A stretch of 64,000 nt of DNA from Malacoraja senta (taxonomy: Eukaryota), in assembly GCA_038087875.1 (NCBI GenBank), contig CM075977.1:151466001-151530000 (forward strand). Direction: 5' to 3'. The notes below the pieces were generated by a model, which saw only the letters and a list, made by a program, of their open reading frames with translations, had not been told where the DNA came from and did no database searches. Of this stretch, positions 35,631 through 49,921 are shown piece after piece. Position numbers and translations under genes: made by a program. The stretch's first letter is position 1. Each line of letters opens with the position of its first letter.

Positions 35631-37229
35631 CTCTGTGAATATGGGTCAAACTCCGCATTGCAGCCATCAGTCTTTGTTGGGAACTGACATAATTATAGAA
35701 GATTGGAGCACAAAATCTATTTGTACCTAATACCGATTCAAATAGTCCATTAGCTTATCTTGTTATGTTATGGGACAAGGCGTTACTGGTGGACACAGCA
35801 TTCTGGGATAGTCCTGATCATGGGGTGCCAAACCAAGATCATGGTACAGTGATTAATCCAAATCACAAGGAATCTGGGTGTCCAGTTCATGTAGCTCAAG
35901 TGTGATGGTAAACAGGATCGGGGATGGTTGGGTTGGAAAAATAATAGATTACTATCCTATCATTTTTCTGGGACTATTCAAAATAGTTTCCATTATCTTC
36001 TTGCCAAAGACGCATAAAATGTGTACTTCATATGTACTTTTGATAGGCTTTAATGACAACTTGTCCATTTTAGAAATGCAATTTCAATCCCTGTTGATTA
36101 TGAAAGATGTTTTCAACAAATGCCTCTAAATTATTTGTCAATTATTCCCAAATGACACATAACTTCAATGAATATTTACAATAGTATTAGCATTTGGATT
36201 ATGGATTACTAACTATAGATACATTTTCTTCCATTACAAAGTGATTAAAAAAAAACTCCTTTTAGCACATTTCCTTCTTCCATCCACATTTCCAACACAG
36301 AGTGCTAGGAGGTTACAAACATTTTCATTTCAAAACTTTCTGCCCATCTTCGATTTGCCCCTATCTCAGAAACTACTCACCTTTTAAATTACCTTTAGGG
36401 CAGTAGCCTTCATCATTTAAAATGACCCCATCAGTCATATCTCAATTATTTACATTCAACTTTACATTCCATTCCACGAAACATAATTTCTTAAGATAAA
36501 AGTATCAACTTATCCATGTATGCTATAATCAATATCATTTTTGCCTGCTTTTTCGCTCACACAGTAATACCAAAATAGTCCTGATTAAGTCACAAATAAC
36601 ATCTTTAGTTGCTTGGAAAAGAGATGCCCATCTGTGTCAGCAATTCAGCAGTTTCCACATCATTCATCAGTCAAGCAGTCCATACACATTCACAGTACTT
36701 TTCCAAACTCTACATCCATCAGCTCTTCTCCTCAGTTCATTTAATTTAAATCTATTCAACAAAATAGCCTCTCCACTTTTGTGGTAGAGGATTCCACAGA
36801 TTCACCAAAATGAGAGTGAAAAAAAAATCACCTCCACTCAGTCGTGACTGTCTAACTCCATATCCTGAATGGGTGATTCTATTGTTCTAAATTCCCCAGC
36901 CTAGCCCAGACCCAAAACATTAGCTGTTTCGCTTTCCACAGATGCTAGACGTAAAATTCCTATTCATTATGTGTTTTTCCAATCATAGCTGAATAGATGA
37001 AGCGAGACACAAATTGGTAAGTCGCCTTACTTCATAGCTGGTCAGTTAACAGTCATAACCAGATTCAATTAAATAGAAAATAGTAATAATCTGTTACATA
37101 TTCGCTATCTGATCTGCTAAGTGTTTCTTGTGTTATAGTACATAATAAATGTACAGCACAGTAACAGGCCCTGTCGGTAACACCAAACATAATGCTAGAA
37201 TAAACTAATCTCATCTGCCTAAACTGGAT

Positions 37230-37464
37230 GTTTAAGAAGGAACGGCAGATGCTGGAAAAATCAAAGGTAGATAAAAATGCTGGAGAAACTCAGCGGGTGA
37301 GGCAGCATCTATGGAGCGAATGAATAGGTGACGTTTCGGGTCGAGACCCTTCTTCTTCCCGCCCCACCCCCACATCAGTCTGAAGAAGTGACTCAACCCG
37401 AAACGTCACCTATTCCTTCGCTCGAGAGATGCTGCCTCACCCACTGAGTTTCTCCAGCATTTTT
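37230..37464. mobile_element. Palindromic Penelope pLTR-derived insertion
   Basis: Two inverted pLTR arms; 17-bp flanking direct repeat ATCTGCCTAAACTGGAT at 37213-37229 and 37465-37481. Confidence 0.85.
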
Positions 37465-38223
37465 ATCTGCCTAAACTGGATCTTCTTTTACTTTAAATTT
37501 CTTGTTGATTGTTTTTAGCCAATGGATTCTCATTCAGCCCTTGCACAGCTTATCAGAACAGTTCAATCTTCCATACTTAGTTCTTTCTGCTCTTCATTTG
37601 AACCACACTCCTCATCGCATCAGCTTTCACAAATACAAACATTTGGTTTCATTCTAATGCTGCAATGCTTAGTTCTATAACTATCACTGTTGCCGTTAGA
37701 TCACTCGTCTATCAATTCCTGGCTGAGTCTGTGCTTTCTCCAACTGAATTCTGACTTAGAGAAAATCATTTTGTTTGTCTCTGTTTATGCCTATTATGAA
37801 TTTGGATTTGAGCCAGACTTCTTTGTTAGCAAAAATAATTGCAAGTCACTGCAAGTGAATACCACTGCATTATACCAAACAATATTACCTCAATGATTTA
37901 GGGTGTAACAATAGTACATACTAGATCTGAACTGGACATTTGTATCTATCATTACTTACTTCAATAACTTTTGTAGGTAAGACTGCATAGATCAGGCTGA
38001 CACACATTGCTAAGTTGCCTTTCTTTATAGATAGTCAGTTTTCAGTCGTGATCATTCAATTCAATATAAAACAGTAAAAATTATATAAATGTTAACCAAT
38101 CCCTATAAGTGAGTTGTCTTGCTTAACTCCGAACCATCCTCCTGCATACTTCACTCAGTGGCTGGACAAATTGTGGCCTTTATTTTTTTGTTTTGTTTTA
38201 AAAGTCAACTGATTATGTTATTC

Positions 38224-38401
38224 AAAGTACAAAGTTCTGGAGGAATTTCTGGCAGCATTTGTGGAGGGTATGCACAGGTGACGTTTTGGGCCGGGACCTT
38301 TCTTAAGACCCCTTTTCTGCACAGTTCCTGTAAGACCTGTTGAGTTACTCCAGCACTCAGTGTTTTGCTCAAGATCCCAGCATTTGCAGTTCCTTGTGGC
38401 T
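38224..38401. mobile_element. Older palindromic Penelope pLTR-derived insertion
   Basis: Diverged inverted arms; 14-bp direct repeat TGATTATGTTATTC at 38210-38223 and 38402-38415. Confidence 0.75.
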
Positions 38402-38638
38402 TGATTATGTTATTCCTTGTTTTTATTATTCCCTTGATTTAAAAAAAAATATCTTAATTGTTTTTTATATGTCACTTTAAAGCAACAGCATTTTGGGATT
38501 GAAGATGAAAGCCCTCCTGTGATATTCAGCTATGACCAAATATATCCTATTCATATTTGGTTGAATGAGTGACCCTTTGAGTGTGAAATCAAACTTCCTT
38601 AATGTGCTAAACTGATTAAAGTATCTGTAAGCATTGAC

Positions 38639-38769
38639 CTGGATCCTTAGGAAGCGCGGGTAAGCATAGATTGGCAGATATTTCACCACATGGTTATATA
38701 CTTTATTCCCGTCAAACTTTTGATCTTGTTTCAGGATAATTGCTGCCATTCCTATCCTGCCTTCATATC
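38639..38769 (-). CDS. slc27a6: SLC27A6-like coding exon (131 bp)
   Basis: AG/GTCAA boundaries. Translates (G)YEGRIGMAAIILKQDQKFDGNKVYNHVVKYLPIYAYPRFLRIQ. Confidence 0.92.
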
Positions 38770-39819
38770 CTGTGAGAAGGAAATGAAATGGTTAATTAAA
38801 ATTTGGCCAACCAAGTTAAAAATAAGAAAAAAATCAAATGAATCATTTATCCCATACCTAATTTAAATATACATTCTGAGTTCTTCAAATCTCTCATTTG
38901 GTATAAATTTAAATGCATCACTTTTCATTATTTATTCCCCAAATTCCATAAGTTGTAATCTAGCAAAAAGCTTTCATGCCTTAACAGTTTTTCCATTTCA
39001 CCCCTTTACGATGAGAATGATTTCCTGTATAAAATATTAATTTCCTATCATGCAATGACCTATGCTACTCCCTTGTGTCCCCCTAACTCCTATCACGCCA
39101 TGACTTAAGAAGCCTAAACCAAGTCTCCAATGTGATTATAAACGCCTTCCCAAAAACTTCAGCTGTCGTTTATTCTTAAGGAATACAGTTTTTGCCCTCT
39201 ATGATGAATTTCCAAAGATAATTCTTAAGCCAGTAACTTTTCCCTCTCAATTATATGATTGACCACTTTGAACATTTGAAATTGCAAAAGAATTAGTTTC
39301 AAAATAACAATAACCACAAATTAGGGGATAAAAGTGAAAACACAGTTGACAAAGAGAAGAAAACAAAATGATATGATTTAAAAAAAGCTAAGTTTCCTAT
39401 ATAACAGGGTTAAGAAAGATTGGATTTGGAGCCGAATCATTAAAAATAGTGACAGGGAGATGTAACAAGAGGATAAAGGATGAGCAACATACATTAATTA
39501 TAATTTAATAATAAAGTAAGTAAAAGTGCTGAAGGATAGAGGACAAACAATACTAAGAAATAGATTCCTCTGCAGATTTCTGCAAGCCACTTCTCAAAAC
39601 CATTCACTATTTTTCTTTGGTTCCTGTGAATCTTTTGTTAAAGTTATGGTAAATAACAAGCACAGGTTTTCTTTGAAACAACTCTTTTTTTCTAAGGAAA
39701 ATAAATCACTAAATTGCCACTGTGTTTTCAAAAGCAAATAAAAACACTTCAACTCTGTGATGCCTTCCACCCTTCACTGGTACCCATTATTTTTTCATCC
39801 ATTGTATACTTTGAGTCAG

Positions 39820-40140
39820 AGGTAGGGCACAGAAGTAGTGTTTTGGTTCACTAGGCCCGCACCAACCATTAATCATCTATTTACATCAATCCCACTTCTT
39901 AGTCTTCCCACATTCTCATCAATTATCCGCTAGATGTACACACTTGGGAGAATTTACAGTAGCTAGTTAATTTATCAATGCATACATCTTTGGAATGTGG
40001 GCGGAAATTGAAGCACCCAGAGGAAATGCATGTGGTGAAGGAGAGAATGTGAAAACCGCACAGAGCCAGCACCCGAGGTCGGGATTAAACTGTCACTATT
40101 GTCAGTAGATCTGCTAGCTGTACTTCTCTGCTGCCTGAGG
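39820..40140 (-). mobile_element. Diverged HE1-like SINE
   Basis: V-domain remnant TTTCCGCCCACATTCCAAAGATG on the minus strand. Confidence 0.6.
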
Positions 40141-40238
40141 TTGTTGGGAAATACACCAATAGATGATTCGTAAGACCTGACTGCTACAATTAGCAAAATA
40201 ATTAAATCAAAGCCTATTTTTATGCAGTCATTCTTCAC

Positions 40239-40336
40239 CTGTAATAACTATGCCATACACATTGGCTTCTTCCACCAAGTCCAGCATTTCAATTACTTCA
40301 GCCACTTCTGTGGTTGCAACATTTTCCCCTTTCCAT
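40239..40336 (-). CDS. slc27a6: SLC27A6-like coding exon (98 bp)
   Basis: AG/GTGAA boundaries. Translates (R)[32 protein letters not shown](G), completing the FATP signature [15 protein letters not shown]. Confidence 0.92.
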
Positions 40337-40589
40337 CTGAAAAAGAATGACATTCAGGAAGTAGAGCTATTTTTTGACCAATTAGGTCCAATATTTTATG
40401 GTTCATGCATTTACATTTAGCAAACTTTTTTTTAAATGTGAAACTGGATCCATGTTCCCATGTTTAATTCATGGAGTATATAAAAGCCGTTATTCCCAGA
40501 TCACGCATCTTCAGGGATCATTTCCAGATTAATCAGTTACCATCAAGAAACAAACCGGGCTAATGTTTTTGAGCATCAGTTGCACAGCA

Positions 40590-41700
40590 ACAACATCATA
40601 GGTTGGGAAGCACATCTGTCCCCTGCTGAGGAGGAACTTGGATTGGGGGTGGGAGAAGGGGAAGCCATAATCCATGCACATACCAACGATAAAGGTACGA
40701 TCGATACAAAGGTTTGGTTGAAGGCGTTTGAGCAGCTAGAATCCAAATTTAAAAGCAGAAGCACAGGAGATAATAATTTTAAATTATCAACACATTGGTA
40801 GGATCGTGGAGGTGAATATGCGGTTTGTGGTTTAAACGATTGGTGTTGGAGACAAGGGTTTTGTAACATTAGTCATTGGCATTAGTACTGAGGAAACAGA
40901 AAAACATTTTAAATTGCAACCATGGCTTACAAAAACATAGATTCAAAGTGGATCCATGTAGATTTGTTAGAAAAGTATTGGTATCAGAATTACGATCAGT
41001 TCAGAATTCAGCGAAAATTATAGATCCCATGAAGCCAGAAATAATAGACTTTGATAGAACAAAGACACAACAGAACTAATACTTTGGTTCTATCTTCATG
41101 GAAGAATATGGAACAGTACAACACAGGAACATGCCCTTTGGCTTATGATGTATGTGTCGACCATGATGCCAAAATGGAGAATATAAATAACTTCCCAGAG
41201 ATATAAGGGAATCAAAGAGCTACTGAATATGAGGAATTAAATGAAATTGGTATTAATTAAAAAAAATAATGGAGAAATCAATGGCACTGTATGCTGCTAA
41301 ATCCCCTGGGACTGATAACAAAGGATGAGTGATTACCTGTGATCATGCTAGTCACAAAATTCAACGATGACTTAGATAAGGAAAGGAAAATAATGGTCCT
41401 AAATTTGCCAATGACACAAAACTTAGTGGGAATGTTAATTGTGAGGAGAATGCAAAATACTTGTTCGATTTAGACATTTTATGTGCATAGGCAAGGCTGC
41501 AGTGGACATAGTATAAGATGGGTAAATACAAAGGTATCAACTTTGGTAGGAATAGCAGAAAGGCATTTTATTTCAATGATAATAGATAGGAACATATTAA
41601 TGTACAAAGAGATCGAGTCTCCTTGTATACCATTACTGAAAGCAAACACACAGCAGCAAGTAGTTAAGAACATAAAGTAAGAGATTGTGAATGTAGGAGA
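40590..41700 (+). mobile_element. Ancient CR1 remnants (ORF1 esterase and RT pieces)
   Basis: GEGEAIIHAHTND...KFKSRS (SGNH esterase-like) and KFANDTKLSG-like sequence near 41400. Confidence 0.5.
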
Positions 41701-42362
41701 AAGGATATAAAGTAGCATTGCTTTTCTTTTTACAAATTTTGCTAAATGTCTTGATTTTTGTCAGAATAGAGTGGGGGTTAGCTCGATAGACAGCATATCA
41801 TTAGCATACCAAAATAGAGCAAACTCCCATTTTTGCAGGGATATTTCTCTGAATGAGTGGTATACGTCATTCTTTAGATTACATTAATTCTTTGTTGAAA
41901 TAAGGTACAGTTTTGAAAAAAAAAAACGTGAAGTTTTTTCTCCCTGTGAATGAATGAATAAGTTTATTGGCCAAGTATTTACATTCAAGGAATATGCAAT
42001 GAAAGCAGATTTTCATTCTGGAGGTACGCAATTTCTGTTGTGGGCTTTTGATATGACATCTATTGCACTTATTCTGGACCAGTGAATGACTGAAGTTCTT
42101 TCATGCATATTGAATTTCACATTGTTTAAGATATCAAGTGATTTGACAGTGCAGTTAGCTAGTGTGAAAATCAATGCTCTCATAACATGAAGTAAAATAA
42201 ACACAATTTTATCCCAATTCAACAATATGATCTTTCCAATTTTAGTAGAGTAGTAATAAAAAGTTGCTCTCTTAGCCTCTAGCTATTAACTTAAATGAAT
42301 AATATTTTTCCTCCTTGGCTGAATAAATTATTTAAGATGTTCCACAGTTTATAATCTTTTAC

Positions 42363-42561
42363 CTAAAGGTGTCCCCAATCCGATCATGAAAGTAAATATA
42401 GCCATCTTCGCTCTCAGACAACAGGTCTCCAGAATTCAAGTACATGTCACCCTTTGCAAATACATCTCTGAAGAGCTTCTGTTCTGAAAACTTCTTGTTT
42501 CCAGCATAACCACTGAATGGATTCCACTTAGTCACCGAAGATATGAGGAGTCCAGTCTCAC
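42363..42561 (-). CDS. slc27a6: SLC27A6-like coding exon (199 bp)
   Basis: AG/GTAAA boundaries. Translates (G)ETGLLISSVTKWNPFSGYAGNKKFSEQKLFRDVFAKGDMYLNSGDLLSESEDGYIYFHDRIGDTF(R), the first half of the FATP signature. Confidence 0.92.
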
Positions 42562-43650
42562 CTACCATGGGGGAGAACGGGTTGATTTAAACACTTTGCG
42601 AGAGGAACACAATAAAAATGCAATTTAATTGGAATACAGTGCCCCGTACATGGGCACGACTCCAACTACATCTGGCAGTTCAATACTTGTATTTATCTAT
42701 TTATGTCCACTAAAGTATTATTTGATTGTTTCGGCTGTTGTGTTGCATGTTGTAATATGATAGCAGATTTCCAGAAAAACAAGAAGATTTCAGAATGGGA
42801 ATGGAAAAGTCAGCCCCAACTTGCTGCACCGTCAAGTTTGCTTCCAGTGAGGTTGTACAAGGACACCCAGGTCCCTTGGTATCAGCAAGTTTCAACAGCA
42901 ACAAGACAAAGGCAGTGAGTGAAGAACCAAAGTCTACAGGGCATCAGTGCTGTGTGTGATGTCAGCATGTGTAGGTGATTGGTGGGTATTTATTTCCAGT
43001 CTCTTCTTATCGGCCAAGAAATTTAAATCATGGGACATTACTGAAGCTAAGGAGTGCAGGTTTAAAATAATTAATCCAAACTAATTAATTAAATGGAACA
43101 GATATGGCTAGACAGACAATGTGACATAGCTACAACATATGAGCACTGGTGAAAAGCAGAACTACAGAGACAATAACCTCAGATTATTATCTGAGCCACA
43201 TGCAAATTGACAGAGAGTAATTGAGATCAGCGTAGTAAACGTTTGTCTCAAAGATAGGTGCAGGAGGAATTGTTTCATGGAATACTGGTGACAGACCTGG
43301 TGGAAGAGTGCTGTTCCATTGAGATGGGTTTCATTTGTTTAGTTTAGAGATACAAATGGGCCAGTGTTCAGGCAGATTGCATAGCCAAGAATATATGCAA
43401 GGAAGAACATTAATTAAAGGAGGAAATGGTTCAAGGAATAAGAAGTTTAATAAATCAAAAGCAATCAGAAAACAGTGGTACAGGGTAGTGAGGGGGCAAA
43501 TGAAATTCAAAGCGTGACATGAGGGAAGAAAGAAAACATATAGGTATGAAGCGGATATTGGAATTAAAGTAAACAACAACCGTAAAAGGTCAAATGTTAA
43601 GGCAAAAAATATCAATGCAAGCAGCTTTTCTAACAAGGTATAGGAGTTGA

Positions 43651-43971
43651 TATATGTAGGAAGGAACTGCAGATGCTGGTTTACACCGAAGATAGACACA
43701 AAATGTTGGAGTAACTCAGTGGGACAGGCAGCATCTCTGGAGAGAAGGAATGTGTGACGTTTCGGGTCGAGGCACTTCTTCAGACTGAGAGTATATTTCG
43801 TCTGCTTCACTGCGAAATCTCCTCAAGGTATGCCAACTTGGAAGAAGTTCTCTTCCTCTCTCCGATGAGAATTATTCTCAGTCTGAAGAAGGTCTCGACC
43901 CGAAACGTCACCCATTCCTTCTCTCCAGAATTGCTGCCTGTCCCGCTGTTACTCCAGCATTTTGTGTCTAT
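43651..43971. mobile_element. Palindromic Penelope pLTR-derived insertion
   Basis: Inverted arms with hammerhead-like motifs near 43755-43787 (-) and 43880-43912 (+); 12-bp direct repeat TATAGGAGTTGA at 43639-43650 and 43972-43983. Confidence 0.85.
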
Positions 43972-45097
43972 TATAGGAGTTGACGGCACACATGGAAATA
44001 AATAATTAAGATAGTTATTACAGAGAGATATGGTTTTAGGGTGACCAGAACTACGAACTCAATATTTCAAGTTTTTAGGCAAAAAGGGAAAGGCGGTGGA
44101 GTAAAGTTGTATCACAAAAGTATCAGAGAGCAATGATATAAATGAAGTGGTTCATAATGTGGGACTTGTCCGGGTGGAAATAAGGAATAGCAGAGAAATG
44201 AAGACCAAGGTAGAAGTCCGCCATGCAACCCTGAAGTCTAACAGATGGGCGAAGCATGAAAGGAGAAATGTCATAGGCCTATTGGAAGGGAAATGCAATT
44301 ATCGAGGGGAGTTATTATCCACAAATTAATTGGATTAATCACTGTGCAAGGAAATTTGTGGAGAGCGTCAGTATAGTTTCTTAGAGCAATACAGTAAATA
44401 TGTGGGCAAGCTATTGTAGATTTGGTCATGTGAAATGTGGTACAATTAATGTCAAATCTGGTATTTAAGGATCCTTCAGAGATCAGTGGTCATAACTTGG
44501 TAGAAGTCCAGATAAATTTGAGAGGCAAAACATTTTTTTTTTGTCCAAATCCAGTGTCCTCCACTTAAATGAGAGCAATTACAAAGATATGAAGAAAGAG
44601 TTGTCTGCAGTGGAATTGGAAAATAGGATGAAGGGAAGGTCGATGGAGCAGAAAAGGCTGATATTTAAGCAAATAGAAACATTGAAACATAGAAAATAGG
44701 TGCAGGAGTAGGCCATTCGGCCCTTCGGCCCTTCGGCCATTCAATATGATCATGGCTGATCATCCAACTCGGTATCCCGTAATATTTCATAATGCTCATT
44801 AATTTAAAGAAATTTATCCAGAAAGGTCATTGAAGCTGTCATGAAAAATATTACATCAAAAATGGAAGCATCAAAAGCAGTTAAAACTAGTGGTAAATAG
44901 AAAGTGAGAATTCTTCAGGAAGCAACAGAGAGAAGCACAGGTACTCACTGACAGTAAAGAACATGTCATAGGCTCCCGGATATGAAAGTGATTTTATATA
45001 CTTCCTTTAAAAAAAAAAGTTACACATCTGTGCAATATTATGAGTATTGAAGGAATTTAATAAATTGCCATGCTTTAGATTTTAAATGTAAACATAC

Positions 45098-45188
45098 CTT
45101 TGTTAACGATTTCACATCTTCCTTGATCATTCCTTATGGGCTTTTCATTCTGAACATCATATTTCACCAGTTTATAAGATAGAAATGT
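45098..45188 (-). CDS. slc27a6: SLC27A6-like coding exon (91 bp)
   Basis: AG/GTATG boundaries. Translates TFLSYKLVKYDVQNEKPIRNDQGRCEIVNK(G). Phase 0 in, phase 1 out, compatible with both neighbours. Not in the ORF track. Confidence 0.88.
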
Positions 45189-47564
45189 CTGAACAAAATG
45201 ATTGGAAGAATTTATTTTCATATTATTACACCACACGCAGGATAAGAGTAGCTATTCCAGATTAAATATTTAGTTCTACAGCATCATAAAAATCTTTAAA
45301 AATAATGCATTTGTAGTAAACATTTAAATTATCCTTAAGCACGGATATGATCTCAATGTTAAGGCCAGCTGACCGCACAGCCTTACAAAACACTAGCTGC
45401 TTTAAACTGTTGTCAACACAATCATAGTTAGTGAACCTGTGCACTTTGTTCTAAGTGCTTTCAATATGACCATAATAATGCCTTCTTTATTAAAATAATA
45501 ACATAGATAGATATAGCCTCAAACCTGCAAGTGTTTGTGGCAATGTTATAAAAGCTCTAATTAATGAATGAGAAACAAGAGATCAACTAATATCAGATTC
45601 AGAACTTCATTAACAGAGCAACAACTGGACATAGAATTACGGTCTTGAATATAGGAATACCAATATAACAAGATGTATACATCTGATGAGAAAATACTAG
45701 GCAAACATTAACAGCAAAACCAACTCTCCTTTACCTTGTTAAAATATCAGTGATAGTCTTTATTTATAATATTTTTATTGTCCACTGTTATTTTTAAATA
45801 AGTTATGTGAATATGTAACAATGGTTTCATTGTACATTTGATGTAATCAAACACACAGTTGGTCTTCGCTAAAGAGTCAGCACATGTTCTGAAGCCCCTG
45901 GACTTTATGTATTACCTATTCAAACAGCTCTGCAATAGTGAGTGCACACCACTTCTCAATGCATTGCAATCGCCATAGGAATTTCTTCCTGTCCGATCTG
46001 TGGATAGCTATCACTCTGAAGTGGTTGACAGAATCCGAATAAGCAATGGTTTCAAGTCAGGATATCTGATATCTGCACTCTGAACTTTTACCTCACAATA
46101 AGTCTGTGTGATGAAGATTCCTTTTACAATGTTATTCAAGTTCCTGGTACTATAAAGTGGAGGGTTTGTTGATTTAGTTTAGCTCTCTCAGTTGGCATCC
46201 AGATAAATGGTGAAGTACTACATTATGTTTGATTATACATCTATGGGTGAGGACATTGCTTCCAGTTGTACCTTTCACTGGAAATCTGATATTAAGCCAT
46301 ATCACATCAAACTGTTTACATTTAATCACGTGAGACAAGCTATTTCTTGCTTGCAGAATTCCAGTGCAAAGTGCAACTGAAAGCAACAGCCATATCCATC
46401 AAAATATTTACATCAATCATCAGTACACTACTGGCAAATTTTGATAAAAAGGAACCATACATATTTGAAAGAAGAAATAGTGGTATTGATATCAATATAG
46501 CCATAAATGTTCCCATGCTCAGTAATGCTCTTTTAATTTTGATATCTAACATTTGCTAAGTAGATCAGTGGCAAATCAAAATTACCCTTTTCTTATTTTA
46601 TGATTACCAATACAATGATTACTTGTTTACCTGGCAATGCACAGCTATATTGGAATTTACCATTTTCTTATCGAGGACCAATTGATATTGGGAATCATAC
46701 TTATTCAGTCAGTTCGACATTACCCTTCCAGCTACATATGTATGCCATTAAAAATGACCACAAGAAAGATAACAAGGCAGAAATATTCAAGATCAATTTC
46801 TGTTCTCACTAGTGGATTTCCTCATCATTATAATATCAGCCCACTATACTGTTGCATTGTGGGCTGTTATAGGAAACCTGCTTATGAAACATGAAAAGCC
46901 ATATCATCTTATACTGTTGGTTCCAAGCAACTGATGCAACTAATTAGCAATCTTTACCAGAAAATGATCGGACACCGAGTATTACCTTACAGTTCAACAC
47001 ACTTTTTTTGTTAAGGTATCCATATGTTGGAATTACCTTTCACAGCCAATTGGACAAAATATCATTATCCATAGAAATGTAAGGAGTGGTAACAGTGATT
47101 TTTCTTGATAAGATGGTCAGTCACTCCAAGATAATTAGAGACATCTCAATTCAGATTATTTCAATGAAGAACTGTAATCCTCAGTTGTCAGAATCAATGC
47201 TATGGCAAGAAAATACAGCTTTGATACTTAAATCCCACTTATTCATTCATTCATTTATTCAAAAGATCTGACTATTCAGCATGAAGTTGTTCCGGAAAGT
47301 AAAATGTCTTTCTCTAGAACAAGCAGATTTTACAGATTTCCTATGAACAATATTGAAGTGCTTGTTAGGCAACATCCATTAACAACCCTATATCAGTAAG
47401 CTATGGCAAGAAAATAAAAATAGAGTACTCTTCCCCATAATTGCTTGCAAATTAGGATATACATTGCTATAAATTCTGGACAAATGAAATAAACAATAAA
47501 CAATCAGTAAATAAACAATGAAGTAGTAGTTTCTTACAGTGGGCGTACATTGGAATACCCATTT

Positions 47565-49921
47565 CAGGGCTCGAAATTAGCGGTTGCCTGGGTGCCAATG
47601 GCAATCTAGTCCCGCTGGGCAACCTAAAAGCCATGCCATTTTGCCCGGCTTGGCAAGCACCCGGGACACCTATCATTTAATTCTGAGCGGGCCCCCTCTC
47701 TATCTCTCTCTCTCTCTGTCACTCTCCGTCTCCGCCCGCCATCCGTGTCCGGGTCTCGGCTCTTGGGTCTCGGGTATCCGCTCGGCAAGGCAGGCCGCCT
47801 TACACATGCGCACTGCCAGGGCCTGCACAACCTCCCACTGCACATGCGCACAACCAGGGCCAGCACATCATCGGCCGTAGTTGTGCCCATGTGCCGCCCT
47901 GCACATGTGCACTGCCACTGCAACTGGTTAGCGTCGGCTACTTTCTCCCTCCCTTTGCATTGTGGGCGATCTGGCCGCCATTGCTGTCCGGTTGCTGCCT
48001 CACCGCGACCGCTGAAAACCAACGCTGAATCACTGCCTGGAGCTGGAGTAACTCCCTGGAGTAACTCTTGCTTCTTGGTTTCCTGGCCCTCCAAAAATAT
48101 TCGAAATGGAATTTAAACTGGTGGACCCACCACCACCAAACTCCAAACTCTGAAAAATAAGAGCCTATTGCATTTTATCTGTTTATTTATTGTGTATATA
48201 TATGGTCTATGGTTATATAGACACACTGAACTTTTATCTCCTGTTCTGTATTATGTTTACATATTCAGTTGTGCTGCAGCAAGCAAGAATTTCATTGCCC
48301 TATCTGGGACACATGACAATAAAACTCTCTTGATTCTTGACTTGGACTTAAGCAAAAAAGGGTTCTTGGGAAAAAAGAGCCACCTTAAATTTAGTTGCGT
48401 CTGGTTGGGTACCTATGGTAGGGTGAAGACTATTCCATGCTTTAATTGTGCGGGGGAACTCCATGGAGCAGCCAGCATCTCTCGATAGAAGAAATTGGGT
48501 GACGTTTCGGGTAGACACCCTTCTTTAGATTTCCTCTGGTTTTAGTGTTTTTAGTTTAATTTAAAGATACAGTGTGGAAACAGGCCCTTCGGCCCACCGA
48601 GTCCACGCCGACCACCGATCACCCGTACACTAGTTCTATCCCACACATTAGCGATGTAAGTCAAGAGTCAAGAGTGTGTTATTCTCTCACGTCCCAGTTT
48701 GAACAATGAAATCCTTACTTGCAGCAGCACAACAGAATATGTAAACATAGTACTCTGTAAACAATGTTATAAACGAGAAAACAAAACTCCATACAGACAG
48801 CACCCATATTGAAGATCAATTCCGGATCTCTGGCAATTTTAGGCTGCAACTTTAAGGCCAATGTACTGCCCCATAGTCTTGAACTGAATTAAAACATGCA
48901 GTAGCTGTAAAGGGGGACATAGCGTAATTTAGAGATTTAAGACTGAAAATGGATAGTTTCTTTTTTTTAGTAACCAAAGTTATCAACGTATAATTTTTTG
49001 TGTGTTGGAAAATAAAATATAGTGACACAGCTGGTGGACTTGCTGCCTCACATGCCAGAGATCTGAGTTCGATCCTGTTCTCGGGCACTGTGTTGAATTT
49101 GCACATTCTCCCTGCAAGCATGTGGGTTTCCTCCCACATCCCAAAGACGCATTGGCTTTGTAGGTTAACTTGTCCGTTTTCGGTCGAGACCCTTCTTCAG
49201 ACTGATGTCGGGAGGGGTGGGGGGCGGGAAAAAGGAAGAGGCGGAGACAGTAGGCTGTGGGAGAGCTGGGAATGGGAGGGGAAGGAGGGAGAAAGGAAGG
49301 ACTACCTGAAATTGGAGAAGCCAATGTTCATACCACTGGGGTGCAAACTACCCAAGCAAAATATGAGGTGCTATTCCTCCAATTTGCGGTGGGCCTCACT
49401 CTGGCCATGGAGGAGGCCCAGGACAGAAAGGTCGGATTCAGAATGGGAGGGGGAGTTGAAGTGCTGAGCCACCGGGAGATCAGGTTGTTGCGAACTGAGA
49501 GGAGGTGCTGTGCGAAGCGATCGCCAAGCCTGCACTTGATCTCACCGAGGTTGATCATACGCTGAATAATCCAACCAGATTTTTGTTTGGAAGTGGAAAG
49601 AGATAATAGAAATTGCATTAATTGCAACGTGTAAAAAGAGTTGAGATACTGTATTATAATTTTGCTGCATGTCATTGTGTTATATATCATGTCTTGATTG
49701 GTGAATATGTTTAGTTTGCGAGTTTATTTGAAGCAGAAATAATATGTGAATGCTTCATTGACCATAATTCCGACTGGTAACTACGCACTTCGTCCGAGCA
49801 CATTATCGCAAGCGTCATACAAGCCGTCTTAAATGACCACCTAAACTGTCATTTGGCAACCTAAAAAGCTGCCAAGGTTGCCCGGCTGGCAACAGGGAAA
49901 AAAAGTTAAGTGAGAGCCCTG
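47565..49921. mobile_element. hAT5-like non-autonomous DNA transposon with nested SINE and Penelope pieces
   Basis: TIR CAGGGCTC / GAGCCCTG; GGCAAC subterminal repeats at both ends; 5-bp TSD CATTT at 47560-47564 and 49922-49926. Confidence 0.8.
49172..49550 (-). mobile_element. Penelope GIY-YIG C-terminal fragment plus pLTR
   Basis: LGEIKCRLGDRFAQHLLSVRNN; homologous to 51330-51730. Confidence 0.85.
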